39,043 nucleotides of DNA from sequence record DRR723986_10824. One strand, written 5' to 3'. Below are positions 26,008 through 37,036 of the stretch, one piece after another. The notes beneath the pieces were generated by a model. That model worked only from the letters and a program-made list of their open reading frames with translations, had not been told where the DNA came from and did no database searches. The stretch's first letter is position 1; every line of letters starts with the position of its first letter. The position numbers and the translations under genes were made by a program.

Positions 26008-28311
26008 TTGTCGAACCCACTCAGCCAGCATGCACCTAAAGCGAGTTGGGCCCTTTTCGAAGGGCTCTTCATCATTGCGGCGCTGGTTGCTGTGTTTGCG
26101 ACCTTCATCACGATTGCGGGTGTAAATCCGGATAATCCGACAGCAGGATCGACGCCGTGGCTGCTCGCGCTGAACCTGGTCCTGATCATCGCGCTGGCAG
26201 TGATCGTCATCCGCGAATTCCTGGCAATTCGCAGTCGATCGCGCGAGGCAGGGGAAGGGCGGCTGGCTCAGCGTTTCGTTATGCTGTTCGGCTTCTCCGC
26301 TCTTGTGCCGTCCATGGTCGTCGGCATCTTTCTTGGCGCAGTCGTTACCCGCGGACTCGACAATTGGTTCGGCGATACTGCTGAAGCCGTCATGGAAAAG
26401 AACAAGCAGATTTTCCAGGACTATGTCGACAATTTCGAAACCTCCTTCGATGTGGACGTGCGGCTGGCCGCGCTGGACGTGGAAAACTTCGCCCGGGACG
26501 TGAAAGCGCAAATGGCGGCCGAGAACGGCGGACAGGCGATTGAGGGGGATGATTTCGCGGCGAATGCGTCAGCAGCGCTGTCGGAAGGGCTCAGGCAGAC
26601 TCTGGCGTATCGTGAATTCGTGACGATCTCGATTGTCAGCGCGGATGGCCAGGAAATTATTGCCGAGGAAAATGCTGGTACACCGGTCCGCCTGCGTCCG
26701 CCGCCCGATGCCTTTGAAGAAGCTAGCAAAGGCGAAGTGGTGACAACGCTCTACGAACCGCAAGGCATTGGCACCGCGCTAATCAGGATTTCGGAGCCGG
26801 TGGATGGGTATGTTTATGCCGCGAAACCTTTTGACCGGAACCTTTTCACGATGTTGGGCGACGCCAAGGAGCAATTGGCGCAATACAAGAACGCCAAGCA
26901 GCGGAGTGGACGCTTGCAAACCATCTTTGCAATCGGGTACGCGCAAATAACCGCGTTGATCCTGTTACTGGCCGGTCGGCTCGGGCTTGAGGCGGCCGGT
27001 CGAGTCACTGGCCCTATCGGACGCCTCGCTACCGCAGCGCATACGGTGCGTGACGGCGACCTAACTGTCCGTGTTCCGGTGAGTGGCCCGAAAGACGAAG
27101 TCTATACGCTCAGCCAGTCATTCAATGCGATGACGGAACAATTGTCGGAACAGCGAAACGCTCTCATTCGCGCGCGCGAGGATGAAGAAGACCGGCGCCG
27201 GTTCGTGGAAACGCTGCTTGCCGAAGTCAGCGCCGGCGTGATCCGGATGGACGCGGACATGACCGTAACGCTCGCGAACCGTTCAGCGGGTGATCTCCTT
27301 GGAATTGAGGAAGTTCAGTCCGGCGAAGCGCTGGAGATCGTTGCGCCTGAATTCGAACGATATGTGCGTGACACGCTGGAGCGGAATTCGCCGGTCGATG
27401 CGTCTATTGAAATCAGCCGGAACGGATCGACCCGTCACATCCGTTTGAAGACAGCGCCAGATCCGGCTGGCGGATGCGTGCTCACGTTCGATGATACGAC
27501 GCGGCTCATTAACGCCCAGCGCCAGATGGCGTGGCGCGATGTGGCCCGGCGTATCGCGCATGAAATTCGTAATCCGCTCACACCGATTATGCTATCGACG
27601 GAGCGTTTGCGCCGACGCTATGCAAGCAAGATAGACGACCATGACGGCGTATTCGAGAAATGCATCGACACGATCCTGCGGCAAGTGGGTGATATAGGCC
27701 GGATGGTCGAAGAGTTTTCCAGCTTTGCCCGGATGCCAAAGCCGAGCGTTGCGCCATTCGATATGAAAGACCTGCTGCAAGAGGCAAGCTTTTCAAGAAG
27801 CGTGGTCAATCCTGACATAGATTTTGAATTTGAAAGCTCTGCGGCTGAAGCAACCTATTCCGGGGATGAGCGGTTGATTGGCCAGGCCATCGGCAATCTC
27901 CTGAAAAATGCGGCTGAAGCGATTGAAGGCATGCCGGAAGAAATGGACGTACAGGGCCAGATTCGAATGGCGCTGAGCGGAGACGATCGCGGATTGGAAA
28001 TCACCATTGAAGACAATGGTCCAGGATTTCCGGAAGACGTACGCGAACGTCTTCTGGAACCCTATGTAACGACTCGAGAAAAGGGCACTGGCTTGGGGCT
28101 TGCGATCGTGAACCGGATTATTGCGGATCACGGTGGCTCGATCTCGTTGCAGAACCGCTTGGACGGTCTGCGTGGCGCCAGAGTGCGTATCTGGCTCCCG
28201 CCGCATGACTTGGCCACTGAACAAATACTGCCAGCCAATGGAGATGCGGCTGGCATCAATCCACACTCTCCACAGACTGTTCGCGTAGAGGAGCCAACAC
28301 CATGGCGTTAG
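26008..28311 (+). CDS. ntrY: Sensor histidine kinase NtrY
   Basis: Several N-terminal TM segments, HAMP, PAS, AWRDVARRIAHEIRNPLTPI and EPYVTTREKGTGLGL. TTG start is uncertain. Confidence 0.93.
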   Translation: MSNPLSQHAPKASWALFEGLFIIAALVAVFATFITIAGVNPDNPTAGSTPWLLALNLVLIIALAVIVIREFLAIRSRSREAGEGRLAQRFVMLFGFSALVPSMVVGIFLGAVVTRGLDNWFGDTAEAVMEKNKQIFQDYVDNFETSFDVDVRLAALDVENFARDVKAQMAAENGGQAIEGDDFAANASAALSEGLRQTLAYREFVTISIVSADGQEIIAEENAGTPVRLRPPPDAFEEASKGEVVTTLYEPQGIGTALIRISEPVDGYVYAAKPFDRNLFTMLGDAKEQLAQYKNAKQRSGRLQTIFAIGYAQITALILLLAGRLGLEAAGRVTGPIGRLATAAHTVRDGDLTVRVPVSGPKDEVYTLSQSFNAMTEQLSEQRNALIRAREDEEDRRRFVETLLAEVSAGVIRMDADMTVTLANRSAGDLLGIEEVQSGEALEIVAPEFERYVRDTLERNSPVDASIEISRNGSTRHIRLKTAPDPAGGCVLTFDDTTRLINAQRQMAWRDVARRIAHEIRNPLTPIMLSTERLRRRYASKIDDHDGVFEKCIDTILRQVGDIGRMVEEFSSFARMPKPSVAPFDMKDLLQEASFSRSVVNPDIDFEFESSAAEATYSGDERLIGQAIGNLLKNAAEAIEGMPEEMDVQGQIRMALSGDDRGLEITIEDNGPGFPEDVRERLLEPYVTTREKGTGLGLAIVNRIIADHGGSISLQNRLDGLRGARVRIWLPPHDLATEQILPANGDAAGINPHSPQTVRVEEPTPWR

Positions 28312-29687
28312 ATATTCTGGTTGTTGATGATGAGCCCGACATCCGTGAGCTGATTGCCGGAGTTCTGGGAGATGAAGGTTATTCTGTCCGCACTGCCGCG
28401 ACAGCTGAGGCGGCACTTGAGGAAGTCCGCACGCGGACACCCCGCCTCGTTGTGCTGGACGTCTGGTTGCAGGGAAGCGGAATGGACGGGCTTTCCCTCC
28501 TGAAATATCTGAAATCCATCGACCCGCTATTACCCGTAATTGTCATCAGTGGGCACGGAAATATCGAGACGGCTGTCGCTGCCATCCGGCGGGGCGCCTA
28601 TGACTTCATTGAGAAGCCTTTCAAAACAGACCGATTGCTGCACCTCATCGACCGGGCCATTGAGTCGGCGGCGCTCAAGTATGAGAATGCCGCTCTCCGG
28701 AACCGCGCTGGGGATGATGAGCGCTGGATTGGGCACAGCCATGCGGCTGCAAATCTTCGCACCTCAATTGAGAAAGTCGCTCCGACAAATTCCCGCGTCA
28801 TGATTACGGGACCTGCTGGTGTGGGCAAGGAGCTGGCGGCAAGGCTCATTCATCGAAATTCGCTTCGCGCGAACGGACCTTTCATCGTGGTCAACGCGGC
28901 CACAATCGCACCGGACCAGATGGAGATTGCTCTCTTCGGGGAAGAGGATACGCAGGGGCGGACCACGCGTATAGGGCTCTTCGAGAAGGCACACCTCGGA
29001 ACCCTGTTGCTCGACGAGGTTGCTGACATGCCGCCGGGTACGCAAAGCAAGATCCTCCGGGTCTTGACTGAGCAGCGCTTCCAGCGAGTTGGAGGGCGGT
29101 CGGATGTCAACGTGGATGTGCGCGTCATGTCCGCGACCACAAAGGACCTGAAAAAGGAAATTGAAGAAGCACGCTTCCGTGAAGACCTCTACTACCGCCT
29201 GAATGTCGTGCCGCTGCGTGTGCCTTCGCTGGCCGAACGCCGCGACGACATCGCGGATCTCGTAAATTATTTCATAGAGCGTATTGCTGATTCATCCGGG
29301 CTCACTCCACGCACATTCTCGCAGGAAGCGATGGCAGTGCTGCAATCAATGGACTGGCCAGGGAACATTCGGCAGCTGCGCAACGTTGTGGAGCGAATTC
29401 TGATTCTGTCACCATCCGATTCAAGCCGGCCGGTAAGTGTTGATGAGTTGCCGCGTGATGCGGGCAGTAATGTTCAGACGGCGAAAGCAGGATCCGCTGA
29501 TCTTGTTGGTCTTTCGTTGCGCGACGCACGGGAGCAGTTCGAGCGTGAATACCTGGCGCTGCAGATCACGCGATTTAACGGAAACATTTCGCGGACTGCT
29601 GAATTCATAGGAATGGAGCGTTCAGCGCTCCATAGAAAATTAAAGGCTTTGGGCGTAGCGTCCGGGGCGAGTCGGCAAGAAAGCTGA
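28302..29687 (+). CDS. ntrX: Response regulator NtrX
   Basis: DILVVDDE.DIR, LDVWL.GS.MDGL, ISGHGNIETAV, an AAA+ domain without GAFTGA (normal for NtrX) and GNISRTAEFIGMERSALHRKLK. Confidence 0.95.
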   Translation: MALDILVVDDEPDIRELIAGVLGDEGYSVRTAATAEAALEEVRTRTPRLVVLDVWLQGSGMDGLSLLKYLKSIDPLLPVIVISGHGNIETAVAAIRRGAYDFIEKPFKTDRLLHLIDRAIESAALKYENAALRNRAGDDERWIGHSHAAANLRTSIEKVAPTNSRVMITGPAGVGKELAARLIHRNSLRANGPFIVVNAATIAPDQMEIALFGEEDTQGRTTRIGLFEKAHLGTLLLDEVADMPPGTQSKILRVLTEQRFQRVGGRSDVNVDVRVMSATTKDLKKEIEEARFREDLYYRLNVVPLRVPSLAERRDDIADLVNYFIERIADSSGLTPRTFSQEAMAVLQSMDWPGNIRQLRNVVERILILSPSDSSRPVSVDELPRDAGSNVQTAKAGSADLVGLSLRDAREQFEREYLALQITRFNGNISRTAEFIGMERSALHRKLKALGVASGASRQES

Positions 29688-29707
29688 TGTCGGCGGAAGG
29701 CTGAGGA

Positions 29708-31081
29708 ATGCGCGTTCTTATCTGCGGGGCTGGCCGTGTCGGACATGGCATCGCGCGGCGTCTTGCGCGCGAAAAGCACGATATCACCATCATTGATGAA
29801 GATCCGGAGCTGGTAGACCAGGTTTCGACGGACCTCGACGTGCGCGGCTATCCCGGACATGCAGCGCATCCGGATGTGTTGAAGCGGGCTGGTGCAGCAG
29901 ATTGCGAAATGATCATCGCGGTCACGCACTTCGACGAGATCAACATGGTGATCTGCCAGATTGCCCACACACTATTCTCGGTTCCGTTCAAGATCGCCCG
30001 TGTGCGGGACCAGTCGTATATTGATCCGGCCTGGAAGAACATCTTTTCCCGTGAGGGTCTGCCGATCGACATGGTGATCTCGCCCGAAGTCGAAGTTGGT
30101 GAGGCGATCCTGCAGCGTCTACGGACGCCAGGCGCCATTATGTCGGCCACGTTCGGCCGTGGGAAAGTTCGTTTGCTGGGCCTTGAAATCTCAGACAACA
30201 ACCCCTTGCTCGATACGGCCGTCGATCAGATCCGTGGGCTGTTCCCGGACCTTTCCGCTCGTATCATTGGCATCGGGTCTGGAGATACCGTTCGTGCACC
30301 GAAAGGCAGCGATGTTCTTAAGCCCGGTGACCGCGCCTATATTGCTGTCCTGGATTCCCACGCCGAACGACTGACATCGATCTTCAACCGGAATGTCGAG
30401 CGCTCCGATCACATTGTGATTGTCGGTGGCGGGAATGTCGGTCTGTATGTCGCCCAGACGCTGGAGCGTGAAAGCAATAAGCGTATTCGCCTTATCGAAA
30501 ATGATCCGGAGCGTGCGAACATCGCTGTTGCGGGCGTAAAGCGGTCGATCGTTATCCAGGGTGATGGGCTCAATCCAGATATCCTGACCGAGGCTGGAGC
30601 ATCAAAAGCGGACTTCGTCGTTGCCATCACCAATGATGACAAAACGAACCTGTTGATCTCCAATCTTGCCAAACGCGCCGGGGCCAAACGGACGTTGGCC
30701 CTGGTCAATGCGACGGAACTGGCTGGCCTTGCGCGAGACATGCGCGTGGATGCCGTGCTGGATCCACGTGCGCTGACTGTCTCGCAGATTCTCCTGCGCA
30801 TGAGGCGTGGCCGTATTCTCGGACTCCAATCGCTGGAAGATGGGCAAGCGGAAGTGGCAGAGGGGGTGACGCTCGAGTCGTCTTCCCTGATTGGAAAGCC
30901 GACTGGATACGACGACCTGCCGGATGGTGTGACCGCGGCTGCCATTGTGCGCGGAGATAATGTCATTATCGCAGGCCCAGAAACTGTTGTGCGAACGGAA
31001 GATCGCCTGATCGTGTTCTATGAGGACGAGATGGTCCGGAAAGTGGAGAAATTCTTCCGCGTTAGTCCGGACTTCTTCTAG
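29708..31081 (+). CDS. trkA: Trk system potassium transporter TrkA
   Basis: Two RCK domains (GAGRVG, GGGNVG), AVT..DE.N..ICQIA and ISPE.EV. Confidence 0.95.
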   Translation: MRVLICGAGRVGHGIARRLAREKHDITIIDEDPELVDQVSTDLDVRGYPGHAAHPDVLKRAGAADCEMIIAVTHFDEINMVICQIAHTLFSVPFKIARVRDQSYIDPAWKNIFSREGLPIDMVISPEVEVGEAILQRLRTPGAIMSATFGRGKVRLLGLEISDNNPLLDTAVDQIRGLFPDLSARIIGIGSGDTVRAPKGSDVLKPGDRAYIAVLDSHAERLTSIFNRNVERSDHIVIVGGGNVGLYVAQTLERESNKRIRLIENDPERANIAVAGVKRSIVIQGDGLNPDILTEAGASKADFVVAITNDDKTNLLISNLAKRAGAKRTLALVNATELAGLARDMRVDAVLDPRALTVSQILLRMRRGRILGLQSLEDGQAEVAEGVTLESSSLIGKPTGYDDLPDGVTAAAIVRGDNVIIAGPETVVRTEDRLIVFYEDEMVRKVEKFFRVSPDFF

Positions 31082-31085
31082 GCAG

Positions 31086-32492
31086 ATGAATTACGCATCT
31101 GTCGTCCGTGTCCTGGCCTTCGTGATGCTGATCCTCGCCGGCTCCAGCGTGCCGGCGATCCTGACTGCGCTGGCTTACGGAGAGAATGAGCAGGTCTTTG
31201 CATTCCTCGCCATGGTGCTGGGCATCAGCGTCATCAGTACCAGTATTCTTTTCCTGACGCCCCAGCCGAGCCAGAAATCCCGGCCTTCTGATGCACTTGG
31301 TCTGGCGCTTCTATGGTGGTTCCTGGCGCCTGTTGCTGCCTGCCTGCCATTTGTGGTGGGGGTTCAGAATGCGTCATTGCTCCAGGCAATTCATGAGGCA
31401 ACGGCCTGCCTCACAACGACCGGCCAGTCTGTCATCGCCATAGAAGGAAACCTCTGGCCCGCAAGCCTGGTCGTTTGGCGCGGAACACTGCACCTGCTTG
31501 GCGGGGCAGCATCCATCATCATGGCAGCAAGCGTACTAGCGGCGTTGAATCTCGGCGGACCCGGCATTCACCGCAGCGTTCTGTTTGTGATGCCGGAAAC
31601 AAGTTTTTTTGACGCTGTACCGAAAGTGGCACGATCGGTGGTCCTCATCATGGTGGTATCGATCACGGTGACAGTCCTGGCCCTGGAGCTGGCTGGTGTC
31701 TCCGCCGGGCGCGCCTTGTCTGATGCGGTGAGCGTCTGGACGACCGGATTGGTCGACCCCGCACCGTACGGCCGGGCGAATGCCGGACCGGTAGCCGACG
31801 TTATTCTGGCAATCGGCCTGATGGGCGGAGCGCTCGGCCTGGCGGTCGCACTGCCGCTTCGGGAGCGCCGCGTTTTGCAGGCAGTTACAGACCCGGAAAC
31901 TCGAGTGTTTGCTTTGCTCGTGGCCATATTTACGTTGATGGCAATTGCCTCAGGCCTGCGCTTCCTGGAATCGCTTGGATGGTCGATTTCGGCGCTTGCC
32001 ACGTCCGGGCTGCCATTGGGCAGTGCGGATACCTGGGATAAAGTTCCACTACCGGTTTTCGTGCTACCGGCACTTATCGGCGGTTCGGCGCTTTCGGCTG
32101 CCGGTGGAGTAAAGATTGCTCGATTGATTGTGCTTTCACGGCGGGCAGGCGTGGAATTTCGGCAGTTGGGATATCGGCGCTCTGTGCTCGGCTTCCAGTT
32201 TCGCGACCGCGAAATGGACGAGCGAAGCGTGATCGGAGTCTGGGTCTACTTGATCGCTTATATTCTGTCTGTGTTTCTGGTGATGGTAGGATTTACGTTC
32301 ACAGGTTTGCCGTTGGAATCCTCGATCCGCCTCGCGATTGGGTGCCTGACCAATTCCGGAGGGCTCGTCGTCGGGCACGTCGCCCAGCTGGACCAAGCCG
32401 CCTCATTTTTAGCCATTTTCTCAATGCTGCTGGGCAGATTGGAGATTCTGGCGATCATTCCTGCGATTTCTGTCAGTTTCTGGCGGGGGTAG
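31086..32492 (+). CDS. trkH: Trk system potassium uptake membrane protein TrkH (divergent)
   Basis: Polytopic membrane protein with LTTTG, WRG.LHLLGG, IGGS..SAAGGVK..R and MLLGRLEIL. Directly downstream of trkA. Confidence 0.88.
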   Translation: MNYASVVRVLAFVMLILAGSSVPAILTALAYGENEQVFAFLAMVLGISVISTSILFLTPQPSQKSRPSDALGLALLWWFLAPVAACLPFVVGVQNASLLQAIHEATACLTTTGQSVIAIEGNLWPASLVVWRGTLHLLGGAASIIMAASVLAALNLGGPGIHRSVLFVMPETSFFDAVPKVARSVVLIMVVSITVTVLALELAGVSAGRALSDAVSVWTTGLVDPAPYGRANAGPVADVILAIGLMGGALGLAVALPLRERRVLQAVTDPETRVFALLVAIFTLMAIASGLRFLESLGWSISALATSGLPLGSADTWDKVPLPVFVLPALIGGSALSAAGGVKIARLIVLSRRAGVEFRQLGYRRSVLGFQFRDREMDERSVIGVWVYLIAYILSVFLVMVGFTFTGLPLESSIRLAIGCLTNSGGLVVGHVAQLDQAASFLAIFSMLLGRLEILAIIPAISVSFWRG

Positions 32493-32568
32493 ATGGGGTT
32501 GGCCCTTGCGAAAGCCCCTCAATCCAGTTAGCCCGCGATCATAACAAGAACAACAGGACTAACCTGCT

Positions 32569-32817
32569 ATGTCGGCTGATAAGAAACAGAACCTCCAGGA
32601 TGCCTTCCTCAATGCCGTCCGCAAATCGCGGACGCCACTGACAGTCTTCCTTGTGAATGGTGTGAAGCTGCAGGGCGTGGTCACTTGGTTTGACAACTTC
32701 TGTGTGTTGCTGCGGGGCGATGGTCGTCCGCCGCAGCTTGTGTACAAGCACGCCATCTCCACGATTGCACCAAGCGCACCGGTACAACTCTTCGATGAAG
32801 AGATGGAGAAGGAATAA
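32569..32817 (+). CDS. hfq: RNA chaperone Hfq
   Basis: [21 protein letters not shown]...FDNFCVLL and [12 protein letters not shown]. Confidence 0.98.
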   Translation: MSADKKQNLQDAFLNAVRKSRTPLTVFLVNGVKLQGVVTWFDNFCVLLRGDGRPPQLVYKHAISTIAPSAPVQLFDEEMEKE

Positions 32818-32823
32818 AGCCTG

Positions 32824-34149
32824 TTGGGCGACAAGCTGATTGATCGGCTCCCCGCATCGGAAATTGCCGGCGCGATCATTCCCTGGTTCACTCCAGCAAA
32901 CAGACCGTCTGCAGACCGGCTGGAAGAGACCGCTGGTCTGATTGAGGCATTGGGCTGCGAACTGGCTTTCCTTCGCCCCGAACACGTACGACAGGTCAAT
33001 TCCGCTCAACTCCTGTCGGGAGGCATTCTCAACCGTCTTGCAGATGACCTCGAAGCCAATCACTGCACGCTTGCGGTGGTTGATGGCGCTCTGACACCTG
33101 TTCAGCAAAGAAACCTCGAGAAAAAGCTTGGCGTGAAGGTTATCGACCGCACCGGACTCATTCTCGAGATCTTCGGTCTCAGGGCGCGAACGAAGGAAGG
33201 TCGGCTGCAGGTCGAGTTGGCCCGTCTGTTGTACGAACGCTCCCGGCTTGTGAGAACATGGACACACCTTGAACGGCAGCGTGGTGGCGGTGGCTTCCTT
33301 TCAGGGCCGGGGGAAAGCCAGCTGGAAGCCGACCGGCGGATGCTGGATGACAAAATCGTTCGTCTCAAAGCAGAGCTGGACGATGTACGCCGAACACGCT
33401 CGGTTCAGCGCGCAGGCCGACAAAGAAGCGGTAAGCCGGTTGTTGCGCTGGTGGGCTACACCAATGCTGGCAAGTCCACATTGTTCAATCGCCTGACTGG
33501 AGCCAATGTATTTGCGAAAGACATGCCTTTCGCAACGCTCGACCCGACGATCCGGCGTCTCGATCTGCCAACGCTCGGAGAAGCGGCATTGATTGATACT
33601 GTGGGCTTTATCACGGATCTCCCCACACACCTTATCGACAGCTTTCAGGCGACCCTGGAAGAAGCCATGCAGGCAGACCTCCTGGTGCATGTCAGGGATC
33701 GGTCCAGTCCGTCGGACATGGAACAGGCTGAAGACGTGCTGCGCGTGTTGGAGCGACTCGAGCGGGAAACCGGGCTGCCATTGCCGCCGATGATCGAAGC
33801 CTGGAACAAGGCAGATCTATTGCCGCCGGAGCGTGCAGAAGCGTTGTCTTTATCCGCCGAGACCCAGGAAGAACTTCCCGCTGTTCTGGTCTCGGCCGTG
33901 ACCGGTCGGGGAATGGATGATCTGCTGGCTGCGATTGAAAGGGGGCTGCTCCGCAGTGCCACGAAAGTGCGGATCTTTTTAAGGCCGCAGGATGGACGTG
34001 CCCGCGCTTGGCTGCACCGGAACGGAGAAGTGCTTACTGAAGAAGTTCAGGACAGTGCCGATTCATGGATGACCGTCCGGCTGAAGACAGACCGGTTCGG
34101 GCAATTCCGGTCCGAGTTTCCCACAATCGAAATTGAAGCTGCGGACTAA
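32824..34149 (+). CDS. hflX: Ribosome-splitting GTPase HflX
   Basis: [57 protein letters not shown] and DTVGFI. Confidence 0.96.
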   Translation: MGDKLIDRLPASEIAGAIIPWFTPANRPSADRLEETAGLIEALGCELAFLRPEHVRQVNSAQLLSGGILNRLADDLEANHCTLAVVDGALTPVQQRNLEKKLGVKVIDRTGLILEIFGLRARTKEGRLQVELARLLYERSRLVRTWTHLERQRGGGGFLSGPGESQLEADRRMLDDKIVRLKAELDDVRRTRSVQRAGRQRSGKPVVALVGYTNAGKSTLFNRLTGANVFAKDMPFATLDPTIRRLDLPTLGEAALIDTVGFITDLPTHLIDSFQATLEEAMQADLLVHVRDRSSPSDMEQAEDVLRVLERLERETGLPLPPMIEAWNKADLLPPERAEALSLSAETQEELPAVLVSAVTGRGMDDLLAAIERGLLRSATKVRIFLRPQDGRARAWLHRNGEVLTEEVQDSADSWMTVRLKTDRFGQFRSEFPTIEIEAAD

Positions 34150-34979
34150 GTCTTCAACTCCGTTTTTTTGACCGCCTGCCACAGGTCTTCCTGCGCATTG
34201 AGATCTAGCTGGCTGAAGTCATACCCTCGATTGGCAGCCAAGGCTTCCATGGCGCGGAAACGGCGTTCAAATTTTGAATTGGCTTGCCGAAGAGCGACCT
34301 CCGGATCGATTTTCAGGCGGCGGGCAAGGTTTGCCGCGACAAACAGCAAGTCTCCGATCTCATCCATGACCGCGTCCCCATCACCAGATGCAATGGCTTC
34401 TTTTACCTCTTCCGTTTCCTCTTCAAGCTTGTCGAAGATCTGGTCCGCTTCGGTCCAATCGAACCCCGTGCGGGCAGCGCGTTTCTGAAGCTTTTCGGCG
34501 CGGAGGAGCGCAGGCAGGGAAAGGGCGACCCCATCCAGAGCGCTGGCTTTCCCTCGCTCCTTGGCTTTGGCAGCGCGCTCTTCAGCCTTTACGACTTCCC
34601 ATGCGACGATCTGATCGTCGGAGGAACGCTCGTCGGACGCCACAAAGACATGCGGATGGCGCCGCACCATCTTTTCATTGATGGCCGCCGCAACGTCTGC
34701 GGCTTCAAACGCGCCTTCCTCTTCGGCCATTTGGCTGTGGAAGGCGACCTGGAACAGGAGATCACCCAATTCTTCCCGAAGTTCAGCCATATCGCCGCGC
34801 TCAATGGCATCCGCGACTTCATAAGCTTCTTCGATCGTATAGGGGGCGATAGTCTTGAACGTTTGTTCGAGATCCCATGGACAGCCGCCTTCGGGACTAC
34901 GCAAGCGGGCCATGATCTCAAGCAGGCGAACGAATTCGTCAGCTGCGCGTTGGTGGCGGGACGGGGTAGATGGATCCAT
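34146..34979 (-). CDS. mazG: Nucleoside triphosphate pyrophosphohydrolase MazG
   Basis: LR.P..GCPWD..QT, EEAYEV.DAI, EELGDLL, RRHPHVF and a second domain EIGDLLF..N.KFERRF. Confidence 0.96.
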   Translation of the reverse strand: MDPSTPSRHQRAADEFVRLLEIMARLRSPEGGCPWDLEQTFKTIAPYTIEEAYEVADAIERGDMAELREELGDLLFQVAFHSQMAEEEGAFEAADVAAAINEKMVRRHPHVFVASDERSSDDQIVAWEVVKAEERAAKAKERGKASALDGVALSLPALLRAEKLQKRAARTGFDWTEADQIFDKLEEETEEVKEAIASGDGDAVMDEIGDLLFVAANLARRLKIDPEVALRQANSKFERRFRAMEALAANRGYDFSQLDLNAQEDLWQAVKKTELKT

Positions 34980-35146
34980 GAAGCCGTTCCTGTTGATTTT
35001 GCGGGGCCGGTCCTGACCATGATGCGCCGCGAACGCGGCGTTGACGACATTACCGGAATGGATTGACTTTCCCGACGGTGCAAGAGACGTGAAGGCATGC
35101 GACCTGTGTTCTGCAGATCTTCAAAGCCAATGACGGGGCGCCATAC

Positions 35147-36019
35147 ATGAAAGATCGTACAATTCTCATCGGCATCGACTGGGGCGCCTCGACTTTTCGT
35201 GCCTGGGCGTTTGACCAAGAAGGGGACGTCATAGGTGGAATTTCCGTGCCGGACGGTATTCTCACCCATTCCGGCGATGCGATGGGGCGCCTCAAGTTCC
35301 ACATCAATGAATGGCTCAGCGAATGGCCGGAAGTGCCCATCATCGCTTGCGGTGGAATCGGTGGAACCCAAGGCATCCACAATACAGGGCACCGACCTGT
35401 TCCGATGATGCTTGCAGACCTGCCGAACCACCTTGTGCAGTCGAACGGCATACATATTGTTCCTGGTCTGAAACAGGCCTCACCGCCCGATGTGATGCGA
35501 GGGGAGGAAACACAACTGTTCGCGCTTGAAGACCCGATTGGCGCGGTGTGTATTCCGGGAACTCATACAAAACATATTACGGTGGAACATGGACGGATTC
35601 TCGGATTCACAACGGAAATGACGGGTGAGTTACGAGCGTTGTTGCTGGCTAATGGCGGGCTGAAAACGCCTGAGGGCGTTGGGCAGGAATTCAGTGAGGA
35701 CATATTCCGGGAATGGGTGGAATATTCATTGGATACGGATGATGCGGCATCACCCTTCGCTGTCCGCGCAGCGCGCATGACAGGCGTATTGGATCCAAAG
35801 TATCATGAGACGGCGCTCACAGGACTATTGATCGGAGCCGACATCGCGGCGCACTACGATCCAGGAGATGAGCTTACGCTCGTTGCTGATGGAGCGATCA
35901 TGGAATCCTATCGTCTGGCGCTGGATACGCTGGGCGCCGAATTTGACGAATGCTCTGCGGAAGAGGCGACGCAGGATGGTCTGTTTGAACTGGCAGAAGA
36001 GGCAGGGCTGATCGGATGA
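35147..36019 (+). CDS. dgoK: 2-keto-3-deoxygalactonate kinase-like protein
   Basis: IDWG.S.FRAW, DVMRGEETQ, PGTH.K, MTGEL..LL and GLLIG. Confidence 0.8.
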   Translation: MKDRTILIGIDWGASTFRAWAFDQEGDVIGGISVPDGILTHSGDAMGRLKFHINEWLSEWPEVPIIACGGIGGTQGIHNTGHRPVPMMLADLPNHLVQSNGIHIVPGLKQASPPDVMRGEETQLFALEDPIGAVCIPGTHTKHITVEHGRILGFTTEMTGELRALLLANGGLKTPEGVGQEFSEDIFREWVEYSLDTDDAASPFAVRAARMTGVLDPKYHETALTGLLIGADIAAHYDPGDELTLVADGAIMESYRLALDTLGAEFDECSAEEATQDGLFELAEEAGLIG

Positions 36020-36900
36020 TGCTGGCGCCGGAATGCGTAGCCCCGACAGGGTGTGTGCTGGGTGAGGGCCCGGTGTGGAGCGAGACCGAAGGGTTTCTTT
36101 GGTGGGTCGACATCAAGCGCGCCAAATTGCATCGCTACAATCCCCGGACTGGCAATACACGGCGGTACGACCTGCCACTGCGCGCGAGTGCTTTCGCGTT
36201 GTACGAAGGCAATTTTCTAATGGTCGGGGACCAGGAAATAGGGGTCTACGATCCGGCTACGGAGGTATATGACCGGATTCTCAACATTGAGGGTGAGCCG
36301 GAAGGGAACCGCACGAATGACGGCGGTGTCGCTCCAGATGGGTCATTCTGGTTCGGAACCATGGATGATGCCGAGAAAGAGGCACGCGGTAGCTATTTCA
36401 GGTATGGCGCCGACCAGACGCTCACCCAGTTACGCCTGCCATCTGTCATGGTCACCAACACGATGCAGTTTTCACCTGATGGGCGTACCTTCTACACGTG
36501 CGACAGCGCTGAGCAGGAAATTCTGGCATATGATTTCGATCCTGAAACCGGCTCCTTGAGTGGACGTCGGGTGTTTGCATCGACATATGAATTTGACGGC
36601 TATCCGGACGGTTCGGCGGTTGATTCGGAAGGCTGCATCTGGGTTTGCCTGTGGGGCGCATCGCGGGTTGTCCGATACACACCTGATGGAGAAGTGGATC
36701 AGGTCATCATTCTTGCAGCGCCGCGTCCGACCAGCGTCGCGTTTGGCGGACCGGATTTCAGGACTATGTTCATTACAACAGCCAGAGCAGGAATGACTTT
36801 TCCTCAGCTGGATGCCCGGCCTTTGTCCGGCAGTTTGTTTGCGGTTCAGGTCGATGTAGCTGGCCGGCCGGCCAGGGATTTTGGTCGTCCGTCACTTTGA
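36016..36900 (+). CDS. SMP-30/gluconolactonase/LRE family protein
   Basis: LGEGPVW, WVDI, R.NDG.V.PDG.FWFGTM, N...FSPDG...Y..DS, PDG..VD.EG..W and PTS.AFGG. Confidence 0.93.
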   Translation: MMLAPECVAPTGCVLGEGPVWSETEGFLWWVDIKRAKLHRYNPRTGNTRRYDLPLRASAFALYEGNFLMVGDQEIGVYDPATEVYDRILNIEGEPEGNRTNDGGVAPDGSFWFGTMDDAEKEARGSYFRYGADQTLTQLRLPSVMVTNTMQFSPDGRTFYTCDSAEQEILAYDFDPETGSLSGRRVFASTYEFDGYPDGSAVDSEGCIWVCLWGASRVVRYTPDGEVDQVIILAAPRPTSVAFGGPDFRTMFITTARAGMTFPQLDARPLSGSLFAVQVDVAGRPARDFGRPSL

Positions 36901-37036
36901 TATTGCCGTTTCGGAAGACGGCCTTGCAGGAGCCTATCATGCACCTCACATGCCTTCACATTGAAATTGGTGTAGTTTAGGCGTGGACGTAGCGGCTCAA
37001 AACCGCTAACTCCCCGCTTTTCAAGAGAGTGTCGGA

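Noticed and set aside
28900..29010. Missing GAFTGA in NtrX as a novelty
   Set aside because: Absence of GAFTGA is an established general property of alphaproteobacterial NtrX.
31086..32492. TrkH as a pseudogene because of divergent pore motifs
   Set aside because: The ORF is full length, all four pore-loop glycines appear retained (TTTG, WTTG, ATSG, TNSG) and the C-terminal GRLE motif is intact.
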